Source: Sphaerodactylus townsendi
Lineage: Eukaryota
DNA length: 64,000 nt
Assembly: GCF_021028975.2 (NCBI RefSeq)
Contig: NC_059427.1
Span: 102,300,001-102,364,000 of the forward strand
Direction: 5' to 3'
Of the stretch, positions 53,666 through 64,000 are shown piece after piece. The notes beneath the pieces are model-generated. The model ran no database searches. It was not told the DNA's origin and saw only the letters and a list, made by a program, of their open reading frames with translations. How positions within the stretch are numbered: position 1 is the stretch's first letter; each line of letters begins with the position of its first letter. The translations under genes were made by a program, and so were the position numbers.

Positions 53666-53973
53666 TGTAAGGGATTCAATGGTGTTGATGTTCAGACCAG
53701 CCGCCCGGCCTTGACTGAATTCCAGAACCCGGGCGATGGGCCAGCATCTGCGGCGGAGACTCTGGTGGAGACCTTATCTCTTCGAGAGAGATGAGAAATC
53801 CGTTCCCATGAGAAACCGGGAGGGGGGAGGGGACGGACAGTATTATAACCTGTGCTTCTGGCGGGAGACTTTATTCCTGCCACGTCGTGTACGTGAGCTT
53901 TCTAGGATGTCTGAATAAACGGTCTTTTACTCCAAAAAAGCCTTTTATTTCTGCTTCTATGGAATTCCTTACA
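53666..53973 (+). repeat. 3' LTR
   Basis: Copy of 47602-47909 at offset 6064; preceded by polypurine tract aagggaggcagag (53653-53665). Confidence 0.95.
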
Positions 53974-55147
53974 ACAACAGGTGAAACTAATTAAAACACA
54001 CAGTATGTTTTTAACATTAAGTACATTTTTAGGCGTACAATGGCATAGGCAATATTTTCAGATACTTAAACAATGAATAATTTCTCCCTCTGTTCTCTTT
54101 CAAGCTAAATAATAACAGGTGTTAAATTTAAGTCCCCTCACTTATTTATATGGTAGCAATTCTACAATATAAAATGCTCCAGATGATGTACAATATGTAA
54201 AAATACATTAACATAAGTAAACAAGATTTAAATCCTATGCTAAGGATGAGCACCTTTAAAAAAAGGTTTTTTAAAAAAATCTGGATATCAGGGAGCAAAA
54301 CATATATATCAAAATTTCTGGTCATTCAGGTTCCAAATACCAGTTTGGCATCTTCATCCTGCCCCACTTTTTCCCCAGGATGCCAATATTATTCAGTTCA
54401 AGTATTCCCTATGGGGAATATTTCCAAAAGCCTGGAGGAACATTTTTTGAGCAAATTTAACCAAAATTGTCCTTTAAATAACCCCCAACTTTTAAGTGGG
54501 CTCCTGAACAAGGTACCCCCAGCCATCCTCCATTTTTCTATTGGGGGCGGGATTTCATGCTTTCTCCAGGGCAAAGAATAGCCAAAGACACAAGAGCAAG
54601 CAAAGCAACTCTTTCAAACCATACAGAACCAACATGCTCAAAGAACCAATGCAGAACCAGAGAATCCTGGCAGAAGTGCAGGACAATGTGGCAAACCTAA
54701 CACAACAAACGTATACCTTGAGAATCCAACCAAATGTCAAACCAGAGAACTGTTCAAGCCAGAAAGAAATATAAAAGCTGTTGCAAGTCCAACAGATGTA
54801 AAATTATATAATCTGAGTCAATGTTCGACCCAAGAATCAAAGGCAAAGTTGAACTTGAGAATTCACTACAAACCTAATGAAAAGTTATTGAAGCAAAGAT
54901 CAGCAAAAACAATATTGAAGGGCAGAATTCATGCCAAACTTGCCTGGCTAGCCGACATCAAGCCCTGGGAACATACACACAGAAAAAAAGTTCTAATAGC
55001 CTTAAAAAGTCCTGGTAGCCTTAAAATGATGTATTTCAATAGTTCCAGTTACTGCATAATATTTCCAGGATTTTTAAAAACCCATTTCCCAGTACCCCCC
55101 AAAATCTCAGACACCATCCAGAGACCAGAATATATCTGGAAAATATT

Positions 55148-55315
55148 ATGATGTGGGTTTTCTGGGTTGTATGGCTGTGTTCCAGTAGTATTTTCTCCTC
55201 ACGTGCCAGCCACAGATGCAGGCAAAACATTAGGAGAAATTACTGCTGGAACACAGCCATACAACCTGGAAAACCCACAACATCCTAATGATTCCAGCTG
55301 TGAAAGTTTTTGACA
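55148..55315 (+). mobile_element. Fold-back Penelope-derived mini-element with 16-bp TSD (hammerhead truncated)
   Basis: TSD atatctggaaaatatt at 55132-55147 and 55316-55331; inverted arm ~55150-55200 complementary to ~55232-55283. Confidence 0.8.
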
Positions 55316-55604
55316 ATATCTGGAAAATATTGATAAGGTATTTTTCTGATATATATTTGGACTTGATGTATCTGAATACACATCCCTATCCTGCGCTAAA
55401 GGTAATACCTGAGATTATTTAGCCTAGAAGTGACCAGGAAAGTGGGGCAAGAATCCTGTATTATCTACATTTAATTTTTCAAATATAATCAATTAATAAA
55501 TTTTTTCTCTGTGGTTTCTTGAAGGTTATTTAAGATGTTACTCGGGCAGGTCAATCCAGACTCCATGGTGACTGGGGACATCTCTGTTGCTGTGCTGCTG
55601 TAGG

Positions 55605-55738
55605 AAACATTAGATTGTAAGGCTGACGTGCCAGGGCACAAACATTAGATTGTAAGGCTAATGTGCCAGGTTACAAGCATTAGATTGTAAGGCAAATATG
55701 CCAAGGTACCATTAGACTGTAAGGCAAATATGGCCAGG
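55605..55738 (+). repeat. Four tandem ~33-35-bp repeats (LTR U3 enhancer-like)
   Basis: cattagattgtaaggc...gccagg repeated 4 times with progressive divergence. Confidence 0.85.
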
Positions 55739-56230
55739 ATTTTAAGTGTCAGCAATCAGAAGAAACCTAGACAAGTCTGAAATGAGAATTGTCATACGCA
55801 TATTGTTGATATGATCATGCTTTGAACAAAAAAGTGTACTTTCAGGGAAAATGGAGTATTTAAGATGTTGTTTATCTTGACTCTGCTGCCCTTCCCTGCT
55901 CCAGACCCTGCTGAATCATTCCTGGGTCCCCCGATATGGTTGCCAGTTAGCAGACAAACCCCTTTTCTCTATGAGAGATGGGGAGGGGGTCCACCCTGCT
56001 TTTGGCCCCGGCAGTGGCTCATACTGACATCAGATCAACCTTCAGCAGGCACTTGGGTGGTGGCAAAATGTAACCAATCAAGTATTTGCAAAGTTAGATG
56101 GCTTGTTTTGAAAACTGTTTAAAATATGCTTTTTGAAATGTGTTCTTTGGACATTGGTTTGGCTGGTTACAGCACTTTGTCCTGCTTTATTGCAATAAAA
56201 GCTTATGTGCGCTTCATTGAACCAATCCAT

Positions 56231-56717
56231 GGCCGTTTCCACATGGCCACGCCGTGGGGGTCCGTCTGCGTAAACGACGCGGATGCACCCCCCCGGGACC
56301 GTTCTCACGGATGGTCCCAGTAGGGGCGGGGAAGACGCCGCAGCCTGCACAGAGGCCGCGCCGTCCCCCGAATGCCTTACCGTCCCTCCGACCTTCCAGC
56401 ACATCACCCAGGCCAGGGGACACGCCCCCCTGCTCTGTGCGACAGCTCTGGAGTCATTGGAGGGACAGTAAGGCATTCGGGAAAGGGAGGGGAATGGTGC
56501 CTTCCAGCCGCTGCAGTTCGCACAGCAGCGTTTGGAAGCCGCTGTTTCCGAAAAACCTCGCTCAGGGAGCAAGGTTCGGAAACAGCAGCTTTGCGCCGCT
56601 TGGGGGTTGCGAGGCTGCCGCTGATGCGATGCAGTGGTGGTGGCCATGCAAACCCCTCTCAAGGACGCCGTTTTTAGCGTCCCTGGGACTCTGTATTCCG
56701 CCCATGTGGAAACAGCC
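56231..56717. mobile_element. PIF/Harbinger-type MITE
   Basis: TIRs GGCCGTTTCCACATGG / CCATGTGGAAACAGCC; TSD CAT (56228-56230, 56718-56720). Confidence 0.8.
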
Positions 56718-59282
56718 CATGTGTCTCTGTATTATTGAGAGACTATTGGAAATTTTTTCCAATACTGCCTCCAGAGGGCTTCTAGGCAGCACAGGTAAGC
56801 AGAAAGTGGGGAATCACTGGCTGCCTGAAAGCTACACAGGACTACACAGAATTATGCCACCTGAAAGGCATAAGTTCGAAATCTGTGCTAGGGCATTCCT
56901 GGCTCAAAAGCCCAGTGGAAGCCAAGTCGGCTTCAACCCCAGGAATGCCCCTGGTCCACCCCCAGCCATGGGGTGGACAGATTTAGTTTTGTGTGATTCA
57001 GCAGGATGCAGGCTCTTCCTGCTTTCCAGTTTACCCTCCCCACCAGTGTAAGTGCCACTTACAATGGTGGTAGGGGGGCAAACACACCAACACAGGGCCC
57101 CAAGAGCTGATTCACCCCCCCCATAGGATTGGACTGTCAGTGCAATAATATTATTCAACAAATGGTGCCACCTTTTATTTGACTGCAGAAAAATGGTATC
57201 TGCCATAAAGCATATTCTACTATTATTAATTAATATTCAATATCTGGCATACTCAATTAACCTTGGGTCTCATAAACTCGCTGGTAAGCACAATTCATTT
57301 TTTTAGAATTTCAGCTCAAGTATCAGTCTGCAAAAGACATTTCAAAAACATGTTGCTGTACATGTCCTCTTGGGAGTCTGAGGAAGGCATTCTTCTGCAC
57401 TCCTATAAAACTTCATCAGAAAGTTTGCTGCAAAGAGTAAAGTAGCTTTTCAGTCAGTAAGTGGTCAGTACAGCAATGTGTAACATGATTTAACATGGCA
57501 GAACAGAGTAGAGGTTTACTCCAAGAAACCTACTCTTTGTACTTCTTGTCTACCTGGGGTGATTCAAGTGATTTTGATCAGCTGTTTTATAGCAGATCAC
57601 TGCAGGGTTACAAATTCCTTCAATAGTTCTGTCTACAGCTATTCATATTAAGCTTGTCACATACTGGGAATTGCACAAAACCTTCCATGGCGCACAAAGA
57701 AGAGTAAAAATGGTATTTAGAGATTAGTTGGAAATAGTAACTGAGAACTTTGCAGTCCTCCTATGCTGCCAAAGATAAATAAGTGCATTGGTAACTCAAC
57801 AGAGCAAGAGGAACTCATGTAAAAAACAGAGATAACGCTGAAATGTAAATATGTATTACAAATGGAAATGTAGGTATTTTCTTATATTCAGATGAGACAA
57901 ATAATGCCTCTCCGGCACAGTTTTGGTTTCGGAAACGGGGCAAAGGAAAGACTCTTCTCTCTCTCTGCCACAGTCCTGACCAGAAATGGTCCCCTGCAGT
58001 GTTTCTAAATAGAGTTGGTGTCCTGCTGTAAGTCCCCATGCTGACCACAAGGAAAATGTAATGTGCAGTTGCTTCTTCACATGATTTCCTAGCCAGTCTC
58101 ATAGAGAGAATCTGGAATTGCCACGCTGTTAGCATTTTGACAGAAATATTTATCTGCAAGTTTTTTCGGCTGTTTAGTATGCCAGGTGTAAATCGTCTAT
58201 ATACGTTTTATTCAAAGATATCCTATCTATACTCTGCATGTGTCAGAAGTTCAGTATGAGCGTGGCTGTACTCAACAAGTTGGACTTAAATAGAAAAGTA
58301 TGGAAACAAAAACAAATAAACTTCTTAGGCATGGAAAAAAACATAATTTCAGAGAAGTGCTAAAGGTCAGGTAGAACCCAGTCTTGAAGAGAATGCAGAA
58401 AGAAGTCAATTATCATTTCATATATGAAGAAAAAGGACCACAAATATATAGTGAAATATTGAAGTGAAAAGTAGATTAAAGAGTGTTTGGCAAAAGTATT
58501 CAAGACAACGTCATACTGAATTAAGAGAACTGTGGTAAAAAGAAAAATAATGCAGCAGTAGATGAGTGTGGAATTACAAGTGCCAATGATTTGAAATTAT
58601 GGAGAACCTTACAGTCAAACCAGAGATGTTAATGCTCAATAGCAGCATCAGGGCTGCACTGATGGAGTGGGGGGAGGGGAGCTGTTAACCCTTTTCATCA
58701 TTTAGTTTTTGAAATCTCCATTTCCCTCTCACTGCAAGCTGTTATTCAGCTGGAGCTGACTTGCATACAAATATAAAGATGCCTGTATGATCTCTAGCTG
58801 AGTAATCATCAGCCACAAAGTAGCTTAAGGTAAAGGTGAAAAACATGTGTTGCTTACTATAACTGTTGTTCATCTGGTGGTCCTCTGTGCAGGCACATGT
58901 GAGACTATGCTTGCGTGGACCAGCCACGGAGCTTGATAGTAACAAAATGTGATCTTTAGGTCGAATATTGGGTGTTCCCCTCCCCCTCAGCCTGGACTGG
59001 CTAGTCTCTGTCTAGGTCACATGACTGGGGAGCAGGAGCATACCCTTAACTCCAGATTTTCCTTTGCTGCTGAAAGGAGCCATCACCCAGGTAAGATGAT
59101 AGCTCAAAGCAGGGAAGGAGGGAGGGATGTCTACCTGCACAGAGGACCACCCATATTTTTTTGCTATCAAAGCTCCGTGGCTGGCCTGCACAGAGGACCA
59201 ACAGATGAACAGCAGTTACAGTAAGTAACACTGTTTTTCATCTGCATGGCCTCTGTGCAGTCCCATATGGAAGAATGGCAAG

Positions 59283-60250
59283 GTTACTACTGTGGAGGTG
59301 GATGTGCACTGTCAATGAAGCATAGATTGTACAGCTTCATCTCAGCGTTAGCATTGACATCCACAGCATAATGCCTAATGAAAGTCAAGGGAGTAGCTGC
59401 TCTGCATGCATCATTAAGGCCCACTCTGTTTCTAAAAGCCGTTGAAGCAGGTAGGGTTTTGGTAGAGTGCACCCTAATGGCAACTGGGCAAGAAATCTTA
59501 GCCTTGCTGTAAGCCAACCTAATAGTAGATGTCACCTATCTAGACAGAGTGGAAACAGACACCTGTGAGCCCACTAAAACAGATAAACAAAGCCCTATCC
59601 CTCCTAAAGGACTTAGTCCAGTTTATATAATGTGTTAAGGATCTGCACACATCCTTGGAGTGCATCACTCTCTCCTCCTCTGATTGTGGGTCCTGAAAAA
59701 ACACTGGCAGGACCGCATCCTGACAGAGATAAAATCAAGATATCACTTTGGATAAGTGTTGTAGGCCTGGCTAGGTCTCAACATTACTTTATCAGGAAAA
59801 AAAACTGGGTGAATGGAGGATTGCTACATAGCACGCTCAGATCACTAACCCTGTGTGCCGAACTGATGGCAATCAGGAATACAATCATATAAGACAGGAA
59901 CCATAAAGGGCATGAAGTCATAACTGCAAATGGGATACTGTTAAGTTGGTTTAAAACCAGTGTTAGGTCCCACTGAGAAACAGGGGCTTTCACTGGAGGG
60001 CACATATTATTAAGACCTTTCAAAAACCTCTTTGACAAAGGAAAATAGTGACCTTGAGCCCATACCATCATGAAATGCAGATATGGCTGCCAGGTGAACC
60101 TTTAAAGATGAGTTGGCTAAGCCAGACTCCTTTAAGGACAACAGGTAAGTAAAACACTGTCCACTGAACATGATAAGGGGTTTAGACCTCTCTCCTTTGT
60201 TCTGTCTGCAAACCTGTTTCATTTAGCTGAGTATGATCATCTGGGGAAGG
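59283..60250 (-). pseudogene. DIRS tyrosine recombinase (disrupted)
   Basis: ORF pieces 60010-60222, 59784-60071 and 59287-59535 with YR catalytic-region motifs R(VSDL), HST and RHY. Confidence 0.8.
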
Positions 60251-60463
60251 CTTTCTTGAAGCTCCCAATGCTCCTAGTACCTTATCCATCCATCCAGTTA
60301 AATTAGATGTAACTATGTTGTGCTTCAGTATCTGACCCACCCTCAAGAGGTTGAGTTTCTGGGGTAAGCTGATGTGCCTCCCTTTGGACATGTGCTAGAG
60401 TGGCCTGAACCAGGGCCTCCTGGGCCAGAAAGGGGCAATTAAAATCAAGCTGACCCTGTTAGA

Positions 60464-60464
<1 letters not shown>

Positions 60465-60549
<85 letters not shown>
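60465..60549. repeat. (TTA)n microsatellite (L2 tail)
   Basis: ~28 units. Confidence 0.95.
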
Positions 60550-60551
<2 letters not shown>

Positions 60552-60842
60552 TAGATTTTTATACCGCCCCATCCCCGGAGGGCTCTGGGCGGTGCACAAC
60601 ATGTCGGCAATACAGTTAAATAACAATTAAAATAACATATAAAAGCAGCAATAAAATTTCCTAGTACATTTATCAGATATAAACCCAGATTAAAATTAAG
60701 TTAAAATTCAAGATATAAATTAGTTGGTTGGCGTCCAGTGTCCCGGTCAAATAAAATCCCTCCCTCCCTACGATAAAGGGAGGCATGGCGAGTCGCAATG
60801 ATGGATTAGCGGCCCAGATGTTAAGGGCCAATGTCGGGGGAA

Positions 60843-61754
60843 CTATTGGCGGCTGGATCCTCCGAAGGCCCGGCGGAACAGCTCCGTCTTGCAGGCCCTG
60901 CGGAACTCTGCAAGGTCCCGCAGGGCCCGGACAGCTGGAGGGAGAGCGTTCCACCAGGCCGGGGCCAGGGCTGTGAAGGTCCTGGCCCGTGTGGAGGCCA
61001 GCCGCATTATCGAGGGGCCAGGGACCACCAGTAAATTGGCCTCCGCTGATCGGAGAGGCCGCCTAGGGACATATGGGGTGATGCGGTCTCGAAGATACGA
61101 TGGCCCCAGGCCGCGAATGGCCTTAAAGGTCAGTACCAACACCTTGAAGATTATCCGGAACTCTACTGGAAGCCAATGCAGCTGCCGCAGCACAGGCTGG
61201 ATATGTTCCCGAAAGCCACTGCCTGTAAGCAGACGTGCTGCTGCATGGTGGACCAGTTTTAAACGCCGGATCAAACGCAAGGGAAGGCCCGCGTAGAGCG
61301 AGTTACAATAGTCAAGTCTGGAGATGACCGTTGCATGGATCACAGAGGCTAGGTCCGCTCTGGAGAGGAAGGGAGCCAGACGCCGGGCCTGACGAAGGTG
61401 GAAAAAAGCAGCCCGGGTTGTATGGGCCACCTGGGTCTCCATTGAGAGAGACAAATCCAGGTGGACCCCCAGGCTGCGAACGGAGGGGGTCGGTGCCAAT
61501 GTGGCCCCCTCCCACACCGGCGGCTGGAAAATCCCCTCCCCCCCTTCACGGCCAAGCCAGAGGATCTCCGTCTTCGAAGGATTCAGTTTTAACCTGCTCT
61601 GTCGCAACCAACCAGCAACCGCCTCCAAACAATGCTGTAGAGCTGCAGGGGCGGCGGCTGCTCCCCCCTCCATCAACAGAATGAGCTGTGTGTCATCAGC
61701 GTACTGGTGGCAAATCAGCCCAAAACTCCGTACCAACTGAGCAAGGGGTCGCAT
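60843..61754 (-). CDS. L2 ORF2 reverse transcriptase C-terminal portion (303 aa, truncated copy)
   Basis: HQYADDTQL, LKLNPSKTE, SLGVHLD, ISRLDYCNSL, LHWLP, LKTEL-like CKTELF end. Confidence 0.85.
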   Translation of the reverse strand: MRPLAQLVRSFGLICHQYADDTQLILLMEGGAAAAPAALQHCLEAVAGWLRQSRLKLNPSKTEILWLGREGGEGIFQPPVWEGATLAPTPSVRSLGVHLDLSLSMETQVAHTTRAAFFHLRQARRLAPFLSRADLASVIHATVISRLDYCNSLYAGLPLRLIRRLKLVHHAAARLLTGSGFREHIQPVLRQLHWLPVEFRIIFKVLVLTFKAIRGLGPSYLRDRITPYVPRRPLRSAEANLLVVPGPSIMRLASTRARTFTALAPAWWNALPPAVRALRDLAEFRRACKTELFRRAFGGSSRQ

Positions 61755-63300
61755 GTAGATGTTAAATAACAGTGGGGACAGTAATGCCCCCTGGTTTGGC
61801 TTTTGCTATTACCTTGAGCATCAGAGGTACTAGGTGAAAAGCATACATGCCCCTGACCACTATATCTGAAAAGCTTCCACACCTCCCCTGATGCAATGTC
61901 TTGGACATTTGTCATTTGTTGGGAAGCAAATAAATCTACTTCTGCTCCCCCCCCCCCACACACACACACCGCCTAGCATATTGGTTGGAGATGTTTCCTT
62001 GCTATTTCCTATTCAGGCTTGGTCTTGCAGGTCTGACTCAGCTCAATTGCCTTGATGCTGGACATGCTGACCACATGAATCACGATGCATTCTGCATGGT
62101 CACCATTGGTTGCTAGGCCCAAACCACAAACTAACCCGCAGAAAACAAAACAAAAAAACTGAAACTACACTAACTCATGTTGAAACTAAGCTGAAATAAT
62201 TATAAAACAACTACTACCCAAGTAGTCCTAGAACCACCAGTGTAGGCCTCAACCAGCTTTGCTATCAAAGGAGACAAAGAAACACCTCTGCTCCTTGTGG
62301 TGGCAAAGAAAGATGTGGAGGGAAGGGTGCGCTCTTCCTCCCTAATCATGTGACCTGGACAAGGATTAGACCAGTCCAGACTGTGGTTGTGGGGAGGGGA
62401 AAATCCAATATTTGACCTAAAGCTCAATTATTTTTACTATCAAAGCTCCATGGCTGGCCTCCACAAGCACAGTCCTACGTGGGACTTCACAGAGGCCACA
62501 CAGATGAACCACAATTATCACTTACTCTAGGTCCCTGCAGCTGCTGTGTACTTAAAAATGTGAGGAAGATCCATTCACATCTTTCCATGTTGTGTCTAGC
62601 TTGAAACTGAGTGCTTTCAGTGCATTCAAGCAAGGAAGAAAAGCAAGGGTTTGATAGCTTAACTGGAATGAAAGATAAAGCACCAAAGGAAATGTGAGTT
62701 CTTTCCAAAATTATAGAAGAAGAAAAGGTAAATATAAAACTATCATCAGTTTTATGTGACCATTTAAGGTGCACTCAAGTGCAATATACATTAATTTGGA
62801 AAACCATTGTCTATAGAATGGTAGATGCTGGACATATACCAAGAAGTAAATGTGGCCATTCAGGCTAAAGGAAAGGAAAGTAACTTTTCTGTATTCGTAA
62901 GAATTAATCATTGTTTCTGGAACAGCCTCATTGTTTCACTATTACCAGTTAATGTAACAGTAGACAAAGTGCAGCTTCAGCCCTCAGAATATCTGGCAGT
63001 TCTCATCTGAGTATAATCCTTCTATGAATGAAAAACCCATTTCCATTTCTACATTTTCACTACTCTTCATTGTTAAGGTCCTTATACCCCACCCTACAAT
63101 TTACCAAAATTTATTCCTCAGCCCTGATGTAGATTAGAGACACAAGTCTCTAATCTACATCAAAAACCTTCATTCGCTTATAAAGTGCAGTGATTGAATA
63201 CTGTTAGATTTATGATATCAGAACAATGTAACTAGATCAGATTACAAAAAATCACTTATATACCCTTGACTGAAGAACGGTACACTCCTATCTGGGATGG

Positions 63301-63468
63301 NNNNNNNNNNNNNNNNNNNNNNNNNNNNNNNNNNNNNNNNNNNNNNNNNNNNNNNNNNNNNNNNNNNNNNNNNNNNNNNNNNNNNNNNNNNNNNNNNNNN
63401 NNNNNNNNNNNNNNNNNNNNNNNNNNNNNNNNNNNNNNNNNNNNNNNNNNNNNNNNNNNNNNNNNNNN
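63301..63468. other. Assembly gap
   Basis: 168 N. Confidence 1.
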
Positions 63469-63603
63469 TTCCGCACATGTAGAATAATGCACTTTCAAAC
63501 GGCTTTCAGTGCTCTTTGAAGCTGTGCGGAATGGCAAAATCCACTTGCAAACAGTTGTGAAAGTGGTTTGAAAACGCATTATTTTGCGTGTGAGGAAGGG
63601 GCC
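63469..63603. mobile_element. Short Harbinger-type MITE with left end in the gap
   Basis: ttccgcacatg ... gtgtgaggaaggggcc followed by TAA. Confidence 0.65.
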
Positions 63604-64000
63604 TAATATTAGATTGAGATAAATCCTCAAGACTCTAAGCATTTACACAGGCAGGTCCATTAAGGGTGGTTTACATTTATAAGTTTATAGCCTGAATACT
63701 AATAGAAAGAGTCAAAAGCAGAAAACAACACTTAACATCTAGTGGGTTGGGGCCAGCAATATATCGGCAGAAGCTCTGACAGTCATGGATCTTTCCAGAT
63801 TTCTCCTCCCCTCAGCAATTCTTTCCAAAACTAGGAAACTGCATTTTTGGTGCTGTGGGATCTATGTGGACTAATAGCCATGTGTAGCTGAAGGCTGCTG
63901 TGGAAAGGGGAAAAGAACAAAATGCACTCCAGAGATAAAGAAGAGGTAGGGAACCATTTTACCACCTTCTTGCTTATGTCATGGGAACCAGTTTATATTT

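Larger units (their letters stand above)
47602..53973 (+). mobile_element. Full-length chromodomain Ty3/Gypsy (Tf1/sushi group) LTR retrotransposon
   Basis: Two 308-bp TG...CA LTRs, 5-bp TSD ACAAC (47597-47601, 53974-53978), domain order gag-PR-RT-RH-IN-chromodomain, PPT before the 3' LTR. Confidence 0.97.
55599..56764 (+). mobile_element. Probable ERV (class I-like) solo LTR, ~676 bp excluding the inserted MITE
   Basis: Termini tgtaggaaa / tttccaata, 4-bp TSD ctgc (55595-55598, 56765-56768), U3 tandem repeats, CCAAT 56074-56078, AATAAA 56194-56199. Confidence 0.6.
60465..61794 (-). mobile_element. Young 5'-truncated L2 LINE inserted in the DIRS element
   Basis: Starts at the QG of the RT PQG motif; uninterrupted ORF to stop at 60843; 3' stem-loop and (TAA)n tail 60465-60549. 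Confidence 0.92.
58839..62519 (-). mobile_element. DIRS1-like tyrosine-recombinase retrotransposon, internally deleted and decayed
   Basis: Inverted terminal repeats ~58839-59072 and ~62303-62519; ICR ~59135-59270; peptides EVDLFAS, LIAPFWPRRPWF, SLKVHLAAISAFH, WDLTLVL, AISSAHRVSDL, HST...TFIRHY. Confidence 0.85.

Noticed and set aside
55605-55738. CRISPR-like array
   Set aside because: Units are contiguous tandem repeats without unique spacers, no cas genes, vertebrate LTR context
56078-57051. 194-aa and 265-aa ORFs as genes
   Set aside because: Stop-poor frames through a GC-rich MITE; no recognisable domain
63242-63642. ORFs spanning X runs
   Set aside because: Artefacts of the N gap

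Overview
Eukaryotic, AT-rich vertebrate genomic DNA. The repeat complement (Squam3-like and 5S/Sauria-type SINEs, Penelope, young L2, CR1, DIRS, hAT and Harbinger MITEs) points to a squamate reptile, probably a gecko (inference). No host protein-coding exon is recognisable. The window starts in a CpG-island promoter (1-480, probably the first exon of a gene running leftwards) and the rest is intergenic or intronic DNA dense with transposons. Main features: (1) a 6.37-kb chromodomain Ty3/Gypsy (Tf1/sushi group) LTR retrotransposon at 47602-53973 with apparently identical 308-bp LTRs, a 5-bp TSD and an 11-nt self-priming PBS; (2) four Penelope-derived inserts carrying minimal type-I hammerhead ribozyme motifs, three of them fold-back hairpins with 9-16-bp TSDs; (3) an internally deleted DIRS tyrosine-recombinase element with ITRs and ICR, interrupted by a young L2; (4) an ERV-like solo LTR; (5) many MITEs, one carrying two ZNF143/THAP11-type motifs. 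There is an assembly gap at 63301-63468. All family assignments come from motif recognition by eye, not database searches. I found no evidence for a wholly new system; the strongest leads are unusual instances of known mechanisms.
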